Source: a virus. Taken from it: a DNA stretch of 64,000 nt. Positions 50,865 through 61,274 of the stretch are shown here, piece after piece. The DNA is taken from the IMG/VR virus record IMGVR_UViG_3300045988_079560, one strand, 5' to 3'. Both the position numbers and the translations under genes were made by a program. Position 1 is the first letter of the stretch; each line of letters starts with the position of its first letter. A model generated the notes under the pieces. It made no database searches, had not been told where the DNA came from, and saw only the letters and a program-made list of their open reading frames with translations.

Positions 50865-52316
50865 ATGAGTTTTGCAGATGCAATGAGAGAAGAGGGTAGA
50901 TTTACCCGGACTGAAAACGGTGCAGTGGCACTGAATACCTCGGGCGATGCCCGACTGGATCTGTTTGGTACAATCGGATCGCTGAGAGAGGCTGATGAGA
51001 ACAGAATTACCACTCTGTTTGCTGAGGCATACGCACAGGACAAACTCTTTGCTACAAAGATTGCGTTCTATGCAAGAGACATTCGTGGCGGTCTTGGAGA
51101 GAGAAAGACTTTCAGAACCATTATCCGTTACATGGCAGAAAAACACCCGGAAGCACTCAGACCGAATCTTGATTTGGTTGGCGTATTCGGAAGATATGAT
51201 GATCTGTATGAGCTTATCGGCACTCCGTTGGAGGACGATATGTGGGCTGCAATGAAGAAACAGTTTGAGGAAGATTTACAGAACCTCAATGCCGGAAATG
51301 CAATTTCCTTACTTGCAAAGTGGATTAAGACCGCAGATGCAAGCAGCTCTGCCACAAGAAAACTCGGAATCCTTACGGCGCAGAAATTAGGCTATCCGGT
51401 CTACAATTTCAAGAGAATCGTCCGTAGTATGAGAAAACAGATCGGTGTCGTTGAAAGTCTTATGTCAGCTGGAAGATGGGATGAAATCAAATACCAGGAA
51501 GTTCCGAGCCGTGCGATGATGATTTACCGCAAGGCATTTATGAAACATGATGCTGAGAGATTTGGAGAGTTTATCAACAAAGCAGAAAAGGGAGAGGTAA
51601 AGATCAATGCCTCAACACTATTCCCTTACGATATTGTTGAGAAGATCCTTTACGGCAGAGAGAGCAACAAGGTACTTGAAGCCCAGTGGAAAGCATTGCC
51701 GGATTATGTGGAGAAAGGAACAAACGCTTTAGTTATGGCGGATGTGTCCGGTTCCATGAGAGGCAGACCTATGGCAACATCAATCGGTCTTGCAATCTAT
51801 TTTGCAGAGAGAAATATTGGCGCATACCATAATCTGTTTATGACGTTCTCTGGCAGACCGGAGACGGTTATTCTGAGGGGAGAAACCCTTGAACAGAAGA
51901 TACGCAACGTAAGTAAAGCAAATTGGGATATGAATACAGACCTTAAAGCTGCTTTTGAGAGAGTCCTTGAAATTGCGGAAAAACACAATACTCCACAGGA
52001 AGAAATGCCGAAAGCAATCGTTGTTATCTCTGATATGGAAATTGACTATTGCGGAAACCGTGAGTGGTCTTTCTATGACAAGATGGCAAATAAGTTCCGC
52101 AAGGCCGGTTATGTAATCCCGAACATTATCTTCTGGAATGTGAATAGCAGACACGATGTATTCCATGCAGATCACAACCGTAAAGGCGTGCAGCTTGCAA
52201 GCGGACAGTCCGTGACGGTATTCAAACAGATCCTGCAGAACCTTGGCTACAATCCGGTTGAGGCTATGGAGAATACAATCAATTCTGAGAGATATGATTG
52301 CATCACAGTCGAATAG
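50865..52316 (+). CDS. DUF2828-like protein: TROVE/Ro60-like N-terminus plus vWA domain
   Basis: IAFYARDIRGGLGERKTFRTIIRYMAE ... NALVMADVSGSMRG (MIDAS DxSxS) ... IVVISDMEID. Confidence 0.8.
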   Translation: MSFADAMREEGRFTRTENGAVALNTSGDARLDLFGTIGSLREADENRITTLFAEAYAQDKLFATKIAFYARDIRGGLGERKTFRTIIRYMAEKHPEALRPNLDLVGVFGRYDDLYELIGTPLEDDMWAAMKKQFEEDLQNLNAGNAISLLAKWIKTADASSSATRKLGILTAQKLGYPVYNFKRIVRSMRKQIGVVESLMSAGRWDEIKYQEVPSRAMMIYRKAFMKHDAERFGEFINKAEKGEVKINASTLFPYDIVEKILYGRESNKVLEAQWKALPDYVEKGTNALVMADVSGSMRGRPMATSIGLAIYFAERNIGAYHNLFMTFSGRPETVILRGETLEQKIRNVSKANWDMNTDLKAAFERVLEIAEKHNTPQEEMPKAIVVISDMEIDYCGNREWSFYDKMANKFRKAGYVIPNIIFWNVNSRHDVFHADHNRKGVQLASGQSVTVFKQILQNLGYNPVEAMENTINSERYDCITVE

Positions 52317-52378
52317 AGTAAATACTGACCGGGGCAAATAGCTCCGGTCAAATAAAATATAAAAGGAGATAACCACCA

Positions 52379-53287
52379 ATGAAAACACCCTACAATGAAA
52401 TTGTGAACATCGCAAGTATTGGTTCACAGACAAATCCGATTTCTCTAAATGAGATTTTGAGAAAGGCAAACGATGAGCAGCTTACACCGGCAGCGCAGAA
52501 CAAAGAGAGAGTATTGTTTCTCGGAATTGATGTGCAGCAGGACTTCATGGATAATGGAGCACTCGGAGTTCCCGGAGCACACGGCGATGTGGAGAGAATG
52601 ACACAGTTTATCTATAACAACATGGATAAAATTACAAACATTGCGGTATCTATTGATACCCACACACCACATCAGATTTTCCATCCGTGCTGGTGGATTG
52701 ATGAAAATGGCAACAATCCGGCTCCTTACACACCGATTACGCTGGCAGACCTTGATTCTGGAAAGTACAGAGCTGTTATCTACCCTCGCCAGAGCCGTGA
52801 CTATGTAGAACATTTGGAAAAAGACGGAAAGAAAACCTTATGCGTATGGTCTTACCACTGTTTACAGGGTACATCTGGTGCGGCATTTGAAAATCAGTTT
52901 GCCAACATGATTTATTTTCACTCTGTTGCAAAGAAAGCCGTTACGCAGCGTCTTGTAAAAGGACAGGACCCACTCAGCGAAATGTACGGAATTATCAAAC
53001 CTGAGTATGATACAAAGAACTACATCAATATCGACTTCCTGAACAAACTGGAAAATTACGACAAGATCATTATTGCAGGAGAGGCAAAGAGCCATTGCGT
53101 ATTGGAAAGCATTAAACAGATTCTCGAACATTACGCTAATCGCCCAGAGATCACTCAGAAAATCTATATCCTGGAAGATTGTATGTCCTCCATTCCTGGG
53201 TTTGAGGATGTTACTGAGCAGACCTTTGATGATTTTAAGAAAACGTACCATGTAAACATCGTGAAAAGCACAGACGATATTTTGTAG
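52379..53287 (+). CDS. Nicotinamidase/isochorismatase-like cysteine hydrolase
   Basis: VLFLGIDVQQDFMDNGALGVPGAHGDV ... SIDTHTPHQIFHPCWW ... IIAGEAKSHCVLESIKQI. Confidence 0.88.
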   Translation: MKTPYNEIVNIASIGSQTNPISLNEILRKANDEQLTPAAQNKERVLFLGIDVQQDFMDNGALGVPGAHGDVERMTQFIYNNMDKITNIAVSIDTHTPHQIFHPCWWIDENGNNPAPYTPITLADLDSGKYRAVIYPRQSRDYVEHLEKDGKKTLCVWSYHCLQGTSGAAFENQFANMIYFHSVAKKAVTQRLVKGQDPLSEMYGIIKPEYDTKNYINIDFLNKLENYDKIIIAGEAKSHCVLESIKQILEHYANRPEITQKIYILEDCMSSIPGFEDVTEQTFDDFKKTYHVNIVKSTDDIL

Positions 53288-53299
53288 GAGGTAGCCGGT

Positions 53300-53974
53300 A
53301 TGAATGAAACAGAACAGGTAATTGACGGATTAGATGAGGTTGAGATCGCAAATACCTCTATTGATGAAATTGACAGCGAAAACATCAATTTAATTTTTGT
53401 CGGAATCGACAAGTCTGGTTCTATGGGAATGTATGAAATAGATATGGTAAAAGCTCTTTCGGATTTCAAAGATGCACTTATCAATTCCAAGGAATGTGAT
53501 GAGATTCTGGTTGCAAGAGCAGACTTCTCCGACAGTGCAACCGTAGGGGGCTATAAACGCATTACAGAATTTGACACTTCGTATAGCACCGATGGATGTA
53601 CAGCTATGTACGATACGATCATTGATGGAACTGAGAAGTTGAAAGAATACAGAGACTTCCTCAAAAATGAGGGAATGAGAGTAAAGGCCGTGTTTGCAAT
53701 TTTCGGAGATGGGATGGATAACTCTTCTCAGCCGGGAGGGTTTGCAAAGGCAAAGAAAGCGATAGAGTATCTGAACGTGGAAGAAATCGTTACTGCGTTT
53801 ATCAGTTTCGGAGGACAGGCAACACAGGAAGCGAAAGACCTTGGATTCAAGAATATCCTCGATGTAAGCAGTTCTGCATCAGAACTCAGAAGAGCTTTCA
53901 ACTGCTTATCAAAATCAGTGATTGAAAACTCCAAGAGTGCCGTATCGAAACAGGATGATTTTTTTGACGTATAA
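53300..53974 (+). CDS. vWA-domain protein (TerY-like)
   Basis: NLIFVGIDKSGSMGMYEIDMVKALSDF...YSTDGCTAMYDTI. Confidence 0.88.
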   Translation: MNETEQVIDGLDEVEIANTSIDEIDSENINLIFVGIDKSGSMGMYEIDMVKALSDFKDALINSKECDEILVARADFSDSATVGGYKRITEFDTSYSTDGCTAMYDTIIDGTEKLKEYRDFLKNEGMRVKAVFAIFGDGMDNSSQPGGFAKAKKAIEYLNVEEIVTAFISFGGQATQEAKDLGFKNILDVSSSASELRRAFNCLSKSVIENSKSAVSKQDDFFDV

Positions 53975-54037
53975 AAAATGAGAGTAGAACGGTGATCCTA
54001 AAAGGGGTTGCCGTTCTTTTTTGTGGGAGGAAATACA

Positions 54038-54694
54038 ATGGTTATAAATAAAATCGGTCAGCAACATATCGACTACGGTACGAATTGCCAGGACTACGGA
54101 ATTGAATTTGATGGGATGAAAGTTGTTTGCGATGGCTGTTCGGAGGGAAAACATTCGGAAGTTGGAGCAAAAGCGTTTTGCCATCTTTTGAAAAATGACA
54201 GCAGAATTATACATGAATGTAGTGTATATGCTGCCGCAGCCGCTTTTGGAGAGATACTTGGTCTATTCGGGCAGACTTCCGGCTCAATCAGAGATTTCCT
54301 TTGTTTCACGATCCTTATGGTTACTGAAAATGAGACACATTTCATGGTAGATTACTGCGGAGATGGTTTTATTGTAAAAGAACGTCTGGACGGAACGATT
54401 GAGTTTGAAGAATTATCTGACGGAGAATACCCGAAATACTTTGCCTATAATTATGTGGATAAGGATATGCTCAAACAGTACAAAGATGGTGTCATTTTTT
54501 CCACAAAGGCTTTTCCAAAAGATGAATACAGGAATATTGGTGTAGCGTCTGACGGAATACGATTTGCCATGAAAGATGAACAATTCAAGAAAGAATTTAC
54601 GGAAGCCCTGCAGAGCGGTAAGGAAGTAAGGGTAAAGAGGTTTATAAACAAACATCAGAGAGTATTCCAGGATGATACAACAATCGTATTGTAG
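54038..54694 (+). CDS. PP2C-type protein phosphatase-like
   Basis: VCDGCSEGKHSEVGAKAF ... TDDTTIV-like end (FQDDTTIVL). Confidence 0.8.
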   Translation: MVINKIGQQHIDYGTNCQDYGIEFDGMKVVCDGCSEGKHSEVGAKAFCHLLKNDSRIIHECSVYAAAAAFGEILGLFGQTSGSIRDFLCFTILMVTENETHFMVDYCGDGFIVKERLDGTIEFEELSDGEYPKYFAYNYVDKDMLKQYKDGVIFSTKAFPKDEYRNIGVASDGIRFAMKDEQFKKEFTEALQSGKEVRVKRFINKHQRVFQDDTTIVL

Positions 54695-54703
54695 GAGGGC
54701 ATT

Positions 54704-56434
54704 ATGAAAATGGCACTAACGAGGATAGGAAAAGAAAAGATAAGACAGCTTACCCCCATAACGGAGGGAGGCGAGGGATATATCTATGAGTTTGGCAACG
54801 ATATTCTGAAAATTTACAAACCCTGTGTTGATATTGCAGCCAAGGAAAAGAAAGTTGCCATGCTCATTGACAAACCTCTGCCAAAGGAGGCTATTAAACC
54901 GATTACGGCAGTGTATGACAATAACAATAAGTTTATTGGTTACATTATGCCAAAAGCCGTAGGAGAGGAAGTAAGAGTTCTCACAAGTAAAAAATATCTG
55001 AAAGCGAATGGGATAACCACGAAAGATATTTTGGAAATTCTCGTAAAGGTACAGGACACCGTGAGAGATATACATTCTGCCGGAGTGTGTATTGGGGATC
55101 TGAACGATCAGAACATCCTCTTTGACAAAACTGGAAATGTGTACTTTATAGATTGCGATAGTTGGAGCGTGGAAGATGAAAAATGCGAAGTTTGCATGGA
55201 CTTATTCAAAGATCCATTGATGAAAGGAAATGATTTTTCAGAGGAAACAGACACATACGCAGAGGCAATTTTGATTTGGAAAACCCTTACAAGGATTCAT
55301 CCGCATGGTGGGACTGTGACACCAGATATGGATATTGTAGAACGTATGAAACGAGGAATATGCGTAATAGACAATCCAAAAGTAAAAATACCAAGAACGA
55401 TTAAACCGTGGAAAAACTTATCCCCTTATCTGGTTGATTCTCTGAAAAAGATTTTTGAGAATAAGAGCCGATCTATGGGGGATGAATTAAAACACATGGC
55501 AAAGCACCTTAAATTCTGCGATGTACACCAGGAATTTTATTATGGCAAATATGCTCGTTGTCCGCTATGTGATAATAATGCAAATGTTATTACTAAGCCG
55601 GTATCACAAGGGGTAACAGGAGGACTTACACTTATCACGATGCTCAAAGGAAACGATGTAAAAATTGTTCTAAATGAGCAGTGTTATATCAATAATGCCG
55701 GAGAAGTAGTGGAAATTAAGAATGAGAATAAATTCGCATACGAAAGCGGAATTAAATATCATTTTGCAGAGGTTGGAGCAGAGAATATTGTAATAAAAGC
55801 GGATGATAGATCGTTCTGGTTTACCACGGATAGAGAATATGTGTTTGAGAAGAAACACAAGAGTCCGATTTATGCGGCAGGAGATTCGGTATACTTCATA
55901 AGTCCTGCCAATACATTAACTTCCATTCAGATCACAAAATCAGGCAACGGAATACGGACGATTACAAAATGTGGGTATGAGAGTTACTTTGCGGTATCTG
56001 AGGGACATTCGTGTGTTGTGAGTAGATTTGCAGACAATCTCATTGTGAATCTGGATGGGAAAAATATTGAGATACCATACACTGACACTGTGAACAATTA
56101 TGGAATCCACAGGGATAAAGTAACCGGAGGATGGCTTATTGTATTAGAAAACGGAGCCGGACAGTTTTTTACCTTTGTGTGCAATGAACATGGAGTAGCG
56201 TATAGCGAGGATCGTATTAAATATCAATGTAGGCTTGGCAATGTATGTTTTTATAACTCCAATATCTCAATACCTATTGATGGGAATATCAGAATATATT
56301 CGTACCAGAAACAGGCATTTAAAGATTTTGAGTGCGAAGCCGTATCACCGGATAGCTGTTTAATCAAAGATCCCACAGCATTTACGATCATCAATGATGA
56401 AAATATTTATAGACTTGGGAGAACTGTACGATGA
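54704..56434 (+). CDS. Ser/Thr protein kinase-like protein with Cys-rich and C-terminal repeat region
   Basis: DIHSAGVCIGDLNDQNILFDKTGNVYFIDCDSW; CPLCDNN. Confidence 0.85.
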   Translation: MKMALTRIGKEKIRQLTPITEGGEGYIYEFGNDILKIYKPCVDIAAKEKKVAMLIDKPLPKEAIKPITAVYDNNNKFIGYIMPKAVGEEVRVLTSKKYLKANGITTKDILEILVKVQDTVRDIHSAGVCIGDLNDQNILFDKTGNVYFIDCDSWSVEDEKCEVCMDLFKDPLMKGNDFSEETDTYAEAILIWKTLTRIHPHGGTVTPDMDIVERMKRGICVIDNPKVKIPRTIKPWKNLSPYLVDSLKKIFENKSRSMGDELKHMAKHLKFCDVHQEFYYGKYARCPLCDNNANVITKPVSQGVTGGLTLITMLKGNDVKIVLNEQCYINNAGEVVEIKNENKFAYESGIKYHFAEVGAENIVIKADDRSFWFTTDREYVFEKKHKSPIYAAGDSVYFISPANTLTSIQITKSGNGIRTITKCGYESYFAVSEGHSCVVSRFADNLIVNLDGKNIEIPYTDTVNNYGIHRDKVTGGWLIVLENGAGQFFTFVCNEHGVAYSEDRIKYQCRLGNVCFYNSNISIPIDGNIRIYSYQKQAFKDFECEAVSPDSCLIKDPTAFTIINDENIYRLGRTVR

Positions 56435-56745
56435 AAGGAGAAAATGGTATGACAGAAGCACAGAAAAAAGCAGTTGAGGTACAGAAAGAAATCGAAGAGG
56501 CCTGCATCCGGCATGGACTTAATCTTACTATCTTTGAAAATGGGATCGGATTTGTCGATCCTAAAGAGAATAAGATTGTCATGGTGTGGAGACCAAAGTA
56601 CAAATCGGCACCGTCAGAAACACCACCTACACAGAAACCGTCCGGCGGAAATATGTCCGCTTTCATATTTGGCGGTTCAAAGGGAAGTGGCAGATTTATG
56701 GGAAACAAAAGGAAACATACAGTCAGAGGAATGAAACGGAGGTAG
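56431..56745 (+). CDS. Hypothetical phage protein
   Basis: ORF overlapping kinase stop. Confidence 0.5.
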   Translation: MKGENGMTEAQKKAVEVQKEIEEACIRHGLNLTIFENGIGFVDPKENKIVMVWRPKYKSAPSETPPTQKPSGGNMSAFIFGGSKGSGRFMGNKRKHTVRGMKRR

Positions 56746-56751
56746 GTTGAT

Positions 56752-57495
56752 ATGCCAAGTTTTAAATTAAAACCGGAGCACATAAAGATTATGACAGACC
56801 TTAATTTTAGAATCTCCATTTTAATAGATTCTAAGGATAGGTATAGACCGGCAATAGATGTTAAAAGACCATTCGGGAACAGCGGTCCCACAACGAATGT
56901 GTGTGAAATCATGGGATGGCACTGCGATGAAGAAAGTGGAGAATACGCTGCTGAGGATATTGAAAAAGCCGAAATGCTCATTATCGAGCTTCCAGTTGCT
57001 TTGCAGATCGTGATGCAAAACCACACATTTGAACCCGGAGAGTATGAAGTAGGGGAATATTCCTCGGCATACTTCAATTATGTTCACATTCGCAATTATC
57101 ACGCATTAAAATCTCCTATCGCAGAAATAGAGGAAAAATATAAAGACTGCGATCAAATGGAAAGGTTACATGAAGTTTGTATGAATGTATCTGGCGATAA
57201 CCCGTGGAAAGTGATTGACGATCTGAAATGGTTTGCCCGGACCGACTTTCTGGCAGATGCAATAGCGGTATTTGAAAAGCATCGAGACGAACAAGTTCTT
57301 GATGAATGGCTGAAAACACATGACGGAGAGGATTATTGCAAATATTGTCCTGAAAACGCTGAATGTCCTCATGGAATGGTTTGTTATGGTGGAGAACCTA
57401 TCGAGCCGTCTTGCTACGGAGCAGATATGAAAGAATTTCTTTACACGGACTCTATTATTGAGGATACACTGGAGGAAAGATATGGCGAAGAATAA
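56752..57495 (+). CDS. Hypothetical phage protein
   Basis: Long ORF, RBS gtaggttgat. Confidence 0.5.
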   Translation: MPSFKLKPEHIKIMTDLNFRISILIDSKDRYRPAIDVKRPFGNSGPTTNVCEIMGWHCDEESGEYAAEDIEKAEMLIIELPVALQIVMQNHTFEPGEYEVGEYSSAYFNYVHIRNYHALKSPIAEIEEKYKDCDQMERLHEVCMNVSGDNPWKVIDDLKWFARTDFLADAIAVFEKHRDEQVLDEWLKTHDGEDYCKYCPENAECPHGMVCYGGEPIEPSCYGADMKEFLYTDSIIEDTLEERYGEE

Positions 57496-58125
57496 CAAAC
57501 TGATAAATTCCCTGAATGAAATCGCCAGAAGAAACCGTTCACAGAATGTTGCTACCGCAGCAGATCAGATGGTTCCACAGATATATGCTGCGATTGCCAT
57601 AGCACTTCACAGAACCTATGGATTCGGATATAAGCGTATCAATGATGTGTTCGTAGAATCACAGCACATTTGGGAAAGCTATGCCGGGGACAGAGCCGGT
57701 ATGGTAAAGAAGTGTGAGGAAGAAACCGGAGTGACTGTATGTAGCCCAGAAGAGGCGCAGAGATTGATGGAGATGCAGAATGGGATGTAGTGAAAATTGT
57801 GGGTCATGCACATGGCATGAGAATTTCAACGGGACAACGGATTGGATATGCGCCAATGAGGAAAGTGATTGTTACGGAGCAGTTACATCATGGAATGATT
57901 GTTGCATAGACTACGAACCAAAACACAGAGAATAACGAACTCAATTACATCATTTAACTTTCAATTATATCATTTGAAAAGGAATGACTACGTTGAATAT
58001 CGGCTACACCGATATTTTAATGCGTTATCATTCCTTTTTTGTTAAAATGATGGTGTCTTGGTATAGACGTTGGTGGATTATCCCTTTCTTGATATGGAGT
58101 AGTGAACGCTACTCCATATTGGTAA

Positions 58126-58198
58126 GCCCGGATAGCTCAACTGGTAGAGCACTTGATTTGTAATCAAGAGGTTGTGGGTTCGATTCCCACTCTCGGCT
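58126..58198 (+). tRNA. tRNA-Thr(TGT)
   Basis: CTTGA-TTTGTAA-TCAAG, T-arm GTGGGTTCGATTCCCAC. Confidence 0.88.
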
Positions 58199-58268
58199 CT
58201 TGCCTCTTTCGAGAGGCCATGGGTTCCTCCATTATTGTAGGATAGGGCGGTGGCGAGCCGCCCAGTAA

Positions 58269-58342
58269 TGTGTGGTGGCGCAGTTCGGTAGCGCATCTGA
58301 CTTTTAATCAGACGGTCGTGGGTTCAAATCCCATCCACGCAA
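58269..58342 (+). tRNA. tRNA-Lys(TTT)
   Basis: TGTGTGG/CCACGCA, TCTGA-CTTTTAA-TCAGA. Confidence 0.9.
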
Positions 58343-58590
58343 CTATCCACATACAGAAAGGAGCAGCTATATTGGAAACGGAAAACGTATACTGCCCTGT
58401 ATGTAAGGCGCGGGCAAACCGTGAAAAACTTCTTTTCAAGAAAGCACCCGGAGCATCCGGCACGATTTTTATAAACTGCCGTGGATGTAAGGAAGTAATA
58501 AAAATAGAATTAAGCAAAGAGCCTTTGAGCCGGTTAAGTCATAAGTAGACTTGATCGGTTCTTTTGTTTTATTCGGAAAGGGGAAACTTC

Positions 58591-60180
58591 ATGTACGCAA
58601 GCAACCGTCCAACTCTCGGTAGACGAATGTTAATGACTGATGAGAGGGAAATTACGAAAGACAATATCATATCGGTTGTATCTAAGGCGTTTATGGAACA
58701 CCAGGAGAATGTGGCACAGGAAGTTTTTCTTTTTGAGTACGAGAAAGGCAATCAGCCAATTCTTAACCGTGAAAAGAAAATCAGACCGGATCTCAATGCC
58801 ACAGTCGTAGAAAACAATGCTTCAAAGATTGTGGACGTGCATCTGGGATATTGTTTTTCCAACCCGATCACTTTCGTACAGAGAGCAAAGATAGAACCGA
58901 CAAAGAAACAGAAGAAAGCCTTATTCGGATTTTTGAGAAAAAAGGATGAGGACGATGGAGAGAATATTGACGATTTGAAGATCGCAATGCTCAATAAAAT
59001 GATGCAGGAGCAGAGCAAAGCGGCAAAAGACATTGCCCTTGGAAGAAACCTATTTATCTGTGGTGTCGGCTACCAGATGATGCTGCCGAACAGAAATAAG
59101 AGCAGATATTCTCCATTTGAACTATTGGTTCCAAGTCCACTTACAACCTTTGTGGTGTACTCAAATGACGCATATAGAGAACCGGTGCTAGGATGCACCT
59201 ATTCCGTACATGATGATGGAACAATTACTCTTACGGCATACTCAAAGAATTTCTGCTATACCATTGAGCATGAGTTGAACACGACAGACTATCATCTGAA
59301 AGAGAATATCGCACCAAACCCACTCCGAAGAATACCGGTCGTTGAATTTTATCTGAATGACCGCATGGGTATTTTTGAAAAGGTTATCCCACTGATGGAT
59401 GCAATGAATCTTGTGGATTCTGACCGTATCAATGATATTCTGCAACACGTTCAGAGTTTACTCTGGATGCACAACTGCCAGGTAAACGAAGAGGGCAAGA
59501 AAAACCTCGTAGACGGCGATGGAGTCATTATGACAAAGAGTACCGGGGACGGCAAGGAAGCAAAGATCACTTACCTCAATCAGACATTGAATGAGAGTGA
59601 GGTTCAGAAACTTGTGGATCATCTCAATTCTCAGTTGGAGCAGATTACCTCTACACCGTCATGGCAGGAGGCAAGTGGCGGTTCAACCACCGGTGCAATG
59701 CAGTTATCCAATGGATGGCAGTGTTTGGAGATTTCCGCTAAGACGGTTGAGCAGTTATTCACTGAGCCGGAAATGCAGCTCATTGATTTGGCAATCGAAA
59801 TCATTAAGACAGATCAGAGACCGTATGACGGCCTGAAAGATATAGAGACAGCAGATGTTGAAATCCGTTTCTGCCGTACAAAAACCTATGATTTGGTGTC
59901 TAAGACCAATTCACTCGTGGCATTGCTTAATGCCGGAGTAGACGGTCTTACATCATTCAACACTGTTGGATTGTTCACAGATCCACAACAGGCATGGGTT
60001 GACAGTAAGCCTATTATTGATGGCATACAGAAAAAACTTGCCTCCAAGGAGGAAAAGACACAGCAACCGAACCCTAACGCATACAAGGATGAAGAGGGGA
60101 ACGGTGGGGAGAACAACGCGGAAAAAGATAAGACAGAGGAATCTAAGCAGCCAAGTAAGACTGCAATGGTAGAAGAATAG
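58591..60180 (+). CDS. Portal protein (SPP1 gp6-like)
   Basis: VEFYLNDRMGIFEKVIPLMDAMNLVDSDRINDI...GWQCLEISAKTVEQLFTEPEMQLIDLAIEI. Confidence 0.85.
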   Translation: MYASNRPTLGRRMLMTDEREITKDNIISVVSKAFMEHQENVAQEVFLFEYEKGNQPILNREKKIRPDLNATVVENNASKIVDVHLGYCFSNPITFVQRAKIEPTKKQKKALFGFLRKKDEDDGENIDDLKIAMLNKMMQEQSKAAKDIALGRNLFICGVGYQMMLPNRNKSRYSPFELLVPSPLTTFVVYSNDAYREPVLGCTYSVHDDGTITLTAYSKNFCYTIEHELNTTDYHLKENIAPNPLRRIPVVEFYLNDRMGIFEKVIPLMDAMNLVDSDRINDILQHVQSLLWMHNCQVNEEGKKNLVDGDGVIMTKSTGDGKEAKITYLNQTLNESEVQKLVDHLNSQLEQITSTPSWQEASGGSTTGAMQLSNGWQCLEISAKTVEQLFTEPEMQLIDLAIEIIKTDQRPYDGLKDIETADVEIRFCRTKTYDLVSKTNSLVALLNAGVDGLTSFNTVGLFTDPQQAWVDSKPIIDGIQKKLASKEEKTQQPNPNAYKDEEGNGGENNAEKDKTEESKQPSKTAMVEE

Positions 60181-60192
60181 GCGGTGTGAACT

Positions 60193-60855
60193 ATGTATAA
60201 TCCGGTTGAATACTTTGACGAAATGAACATTCTCAAAGACGATAAGCTCCGCCGGAAGAAAACCGCCAAGGAGTTTATAAATGCACTTGTAGACTTTTTT
60301 GCAGCACAGTTCCTCAATCTTATTTCCGGCATTTTCCTTTACGAAAAGACGAGTGCTGATTACGAAAATGAACTCATGGATCTCTATTTTGCCATGATGC
60401 CGGAATATCAGTACGAAACAGAAGTAAGGGAAAAGGCATACAGATTTTCAAAGTATATTCAGGAAGCCACAGAGAGGGCAGTGGCAAATGCCAACGGCAA
60501 CGATGATTATAAAATGTCTCGCATGACCGGCGGCATGATGAAAGAAGAGGATGTTCCAAAAAGTGTAAAAAGGATGTTCTCGGAGGTTAGAGCCACGGAG
60601 ATCGCCCTGAATGAGACAAACTGGATATATAACTGGATAAATCATCAGAACCTCGTGGATAAGAAACAGACCACCCATACATGGGTAAGCATGAGGGATG
60701 AACGTGTCCGGGTTAGCCACTGGGAGGCGGACAGCCAAACAGTTCCTATTAACGAGCCTTTTATCATCAACGGGTACAAAATGATGTTCCCACTCGATGA
60801 TAGTATGGGCGCACCGATAGATGAAATTATCAACTGTCGGTGCGTGGAATTATAA
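60193..60855 (+). CDS. Head morphogenesis protein (SPP1 gp7/Mu F-like)
   Basis: TTHTWVSMRDERVRVSHWEADSQTVPINEPFIINGYKMMFPLD...INCRCVEL. Confidence 0.8.
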   Translation: MYNPVEYFDEMNILKDDKLRRKKTAKEFINALVDFFAAQFLNLISGIFLYEKTSADYENELMDLYFAMMPEYQYETEVREKAYRFSKYIQEATERAVANANGNDDYKMSRMTGGMMKEEDVPKSVKRMFSEVRATEIALNETNWIYNWINHQNLVDKKQTTHTWVSMRDERVRVSHWEADSQTVPINEPFIINGYKMMFPLDDSMGAPIDEIINCRCVEL

Positions 60856-60873
60856 ATCAGGAGGTAGAAAACC

Positions 60874-61069
60874 AATGGCAACTGCAAAACAGACAGCAGC
60901 AGACAAGAAAAAGATGGACGATAAGAAGAAAGCAGCTTCAAAGAAATCCGTTTCAAAGAAAGATACTGCCAAGAAAACTGCCAATAAGAAAGCGGCAGCA
61001 AAGAAGTCCACAGCAAAGAAAACTGCTACCAAGAAAACAACTGCCAAAAAGGCAGCAAAGAAAAACTAA
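60874..61069 (+). CDS. Lys/Ala-rich histone H1-like basic protein
   Basis: KKSVSKKDTAKKTANKKAAAKKSTAKKTATKKTTAKKAAKKN. Confidence 0.65.
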
Positions 61070-61274
61070 CTGAATACAGTTAGAGCCTATGAGCCGGATG
61101 TGATGGAAAATCGTGTCCGGCTCATTTTTTCGGTTACAGAGGGAGTAATTCCTTTCAGATAACGGGTTAGAGAAAACCCTCATCAAACGCATACAACTAT
61201 TGTCTTGCAGAGACGCAAGTAAAAAAACGCAGAAATTCACACGGAGAGAACCGTTCAAACGCAGGAGGTCAATT

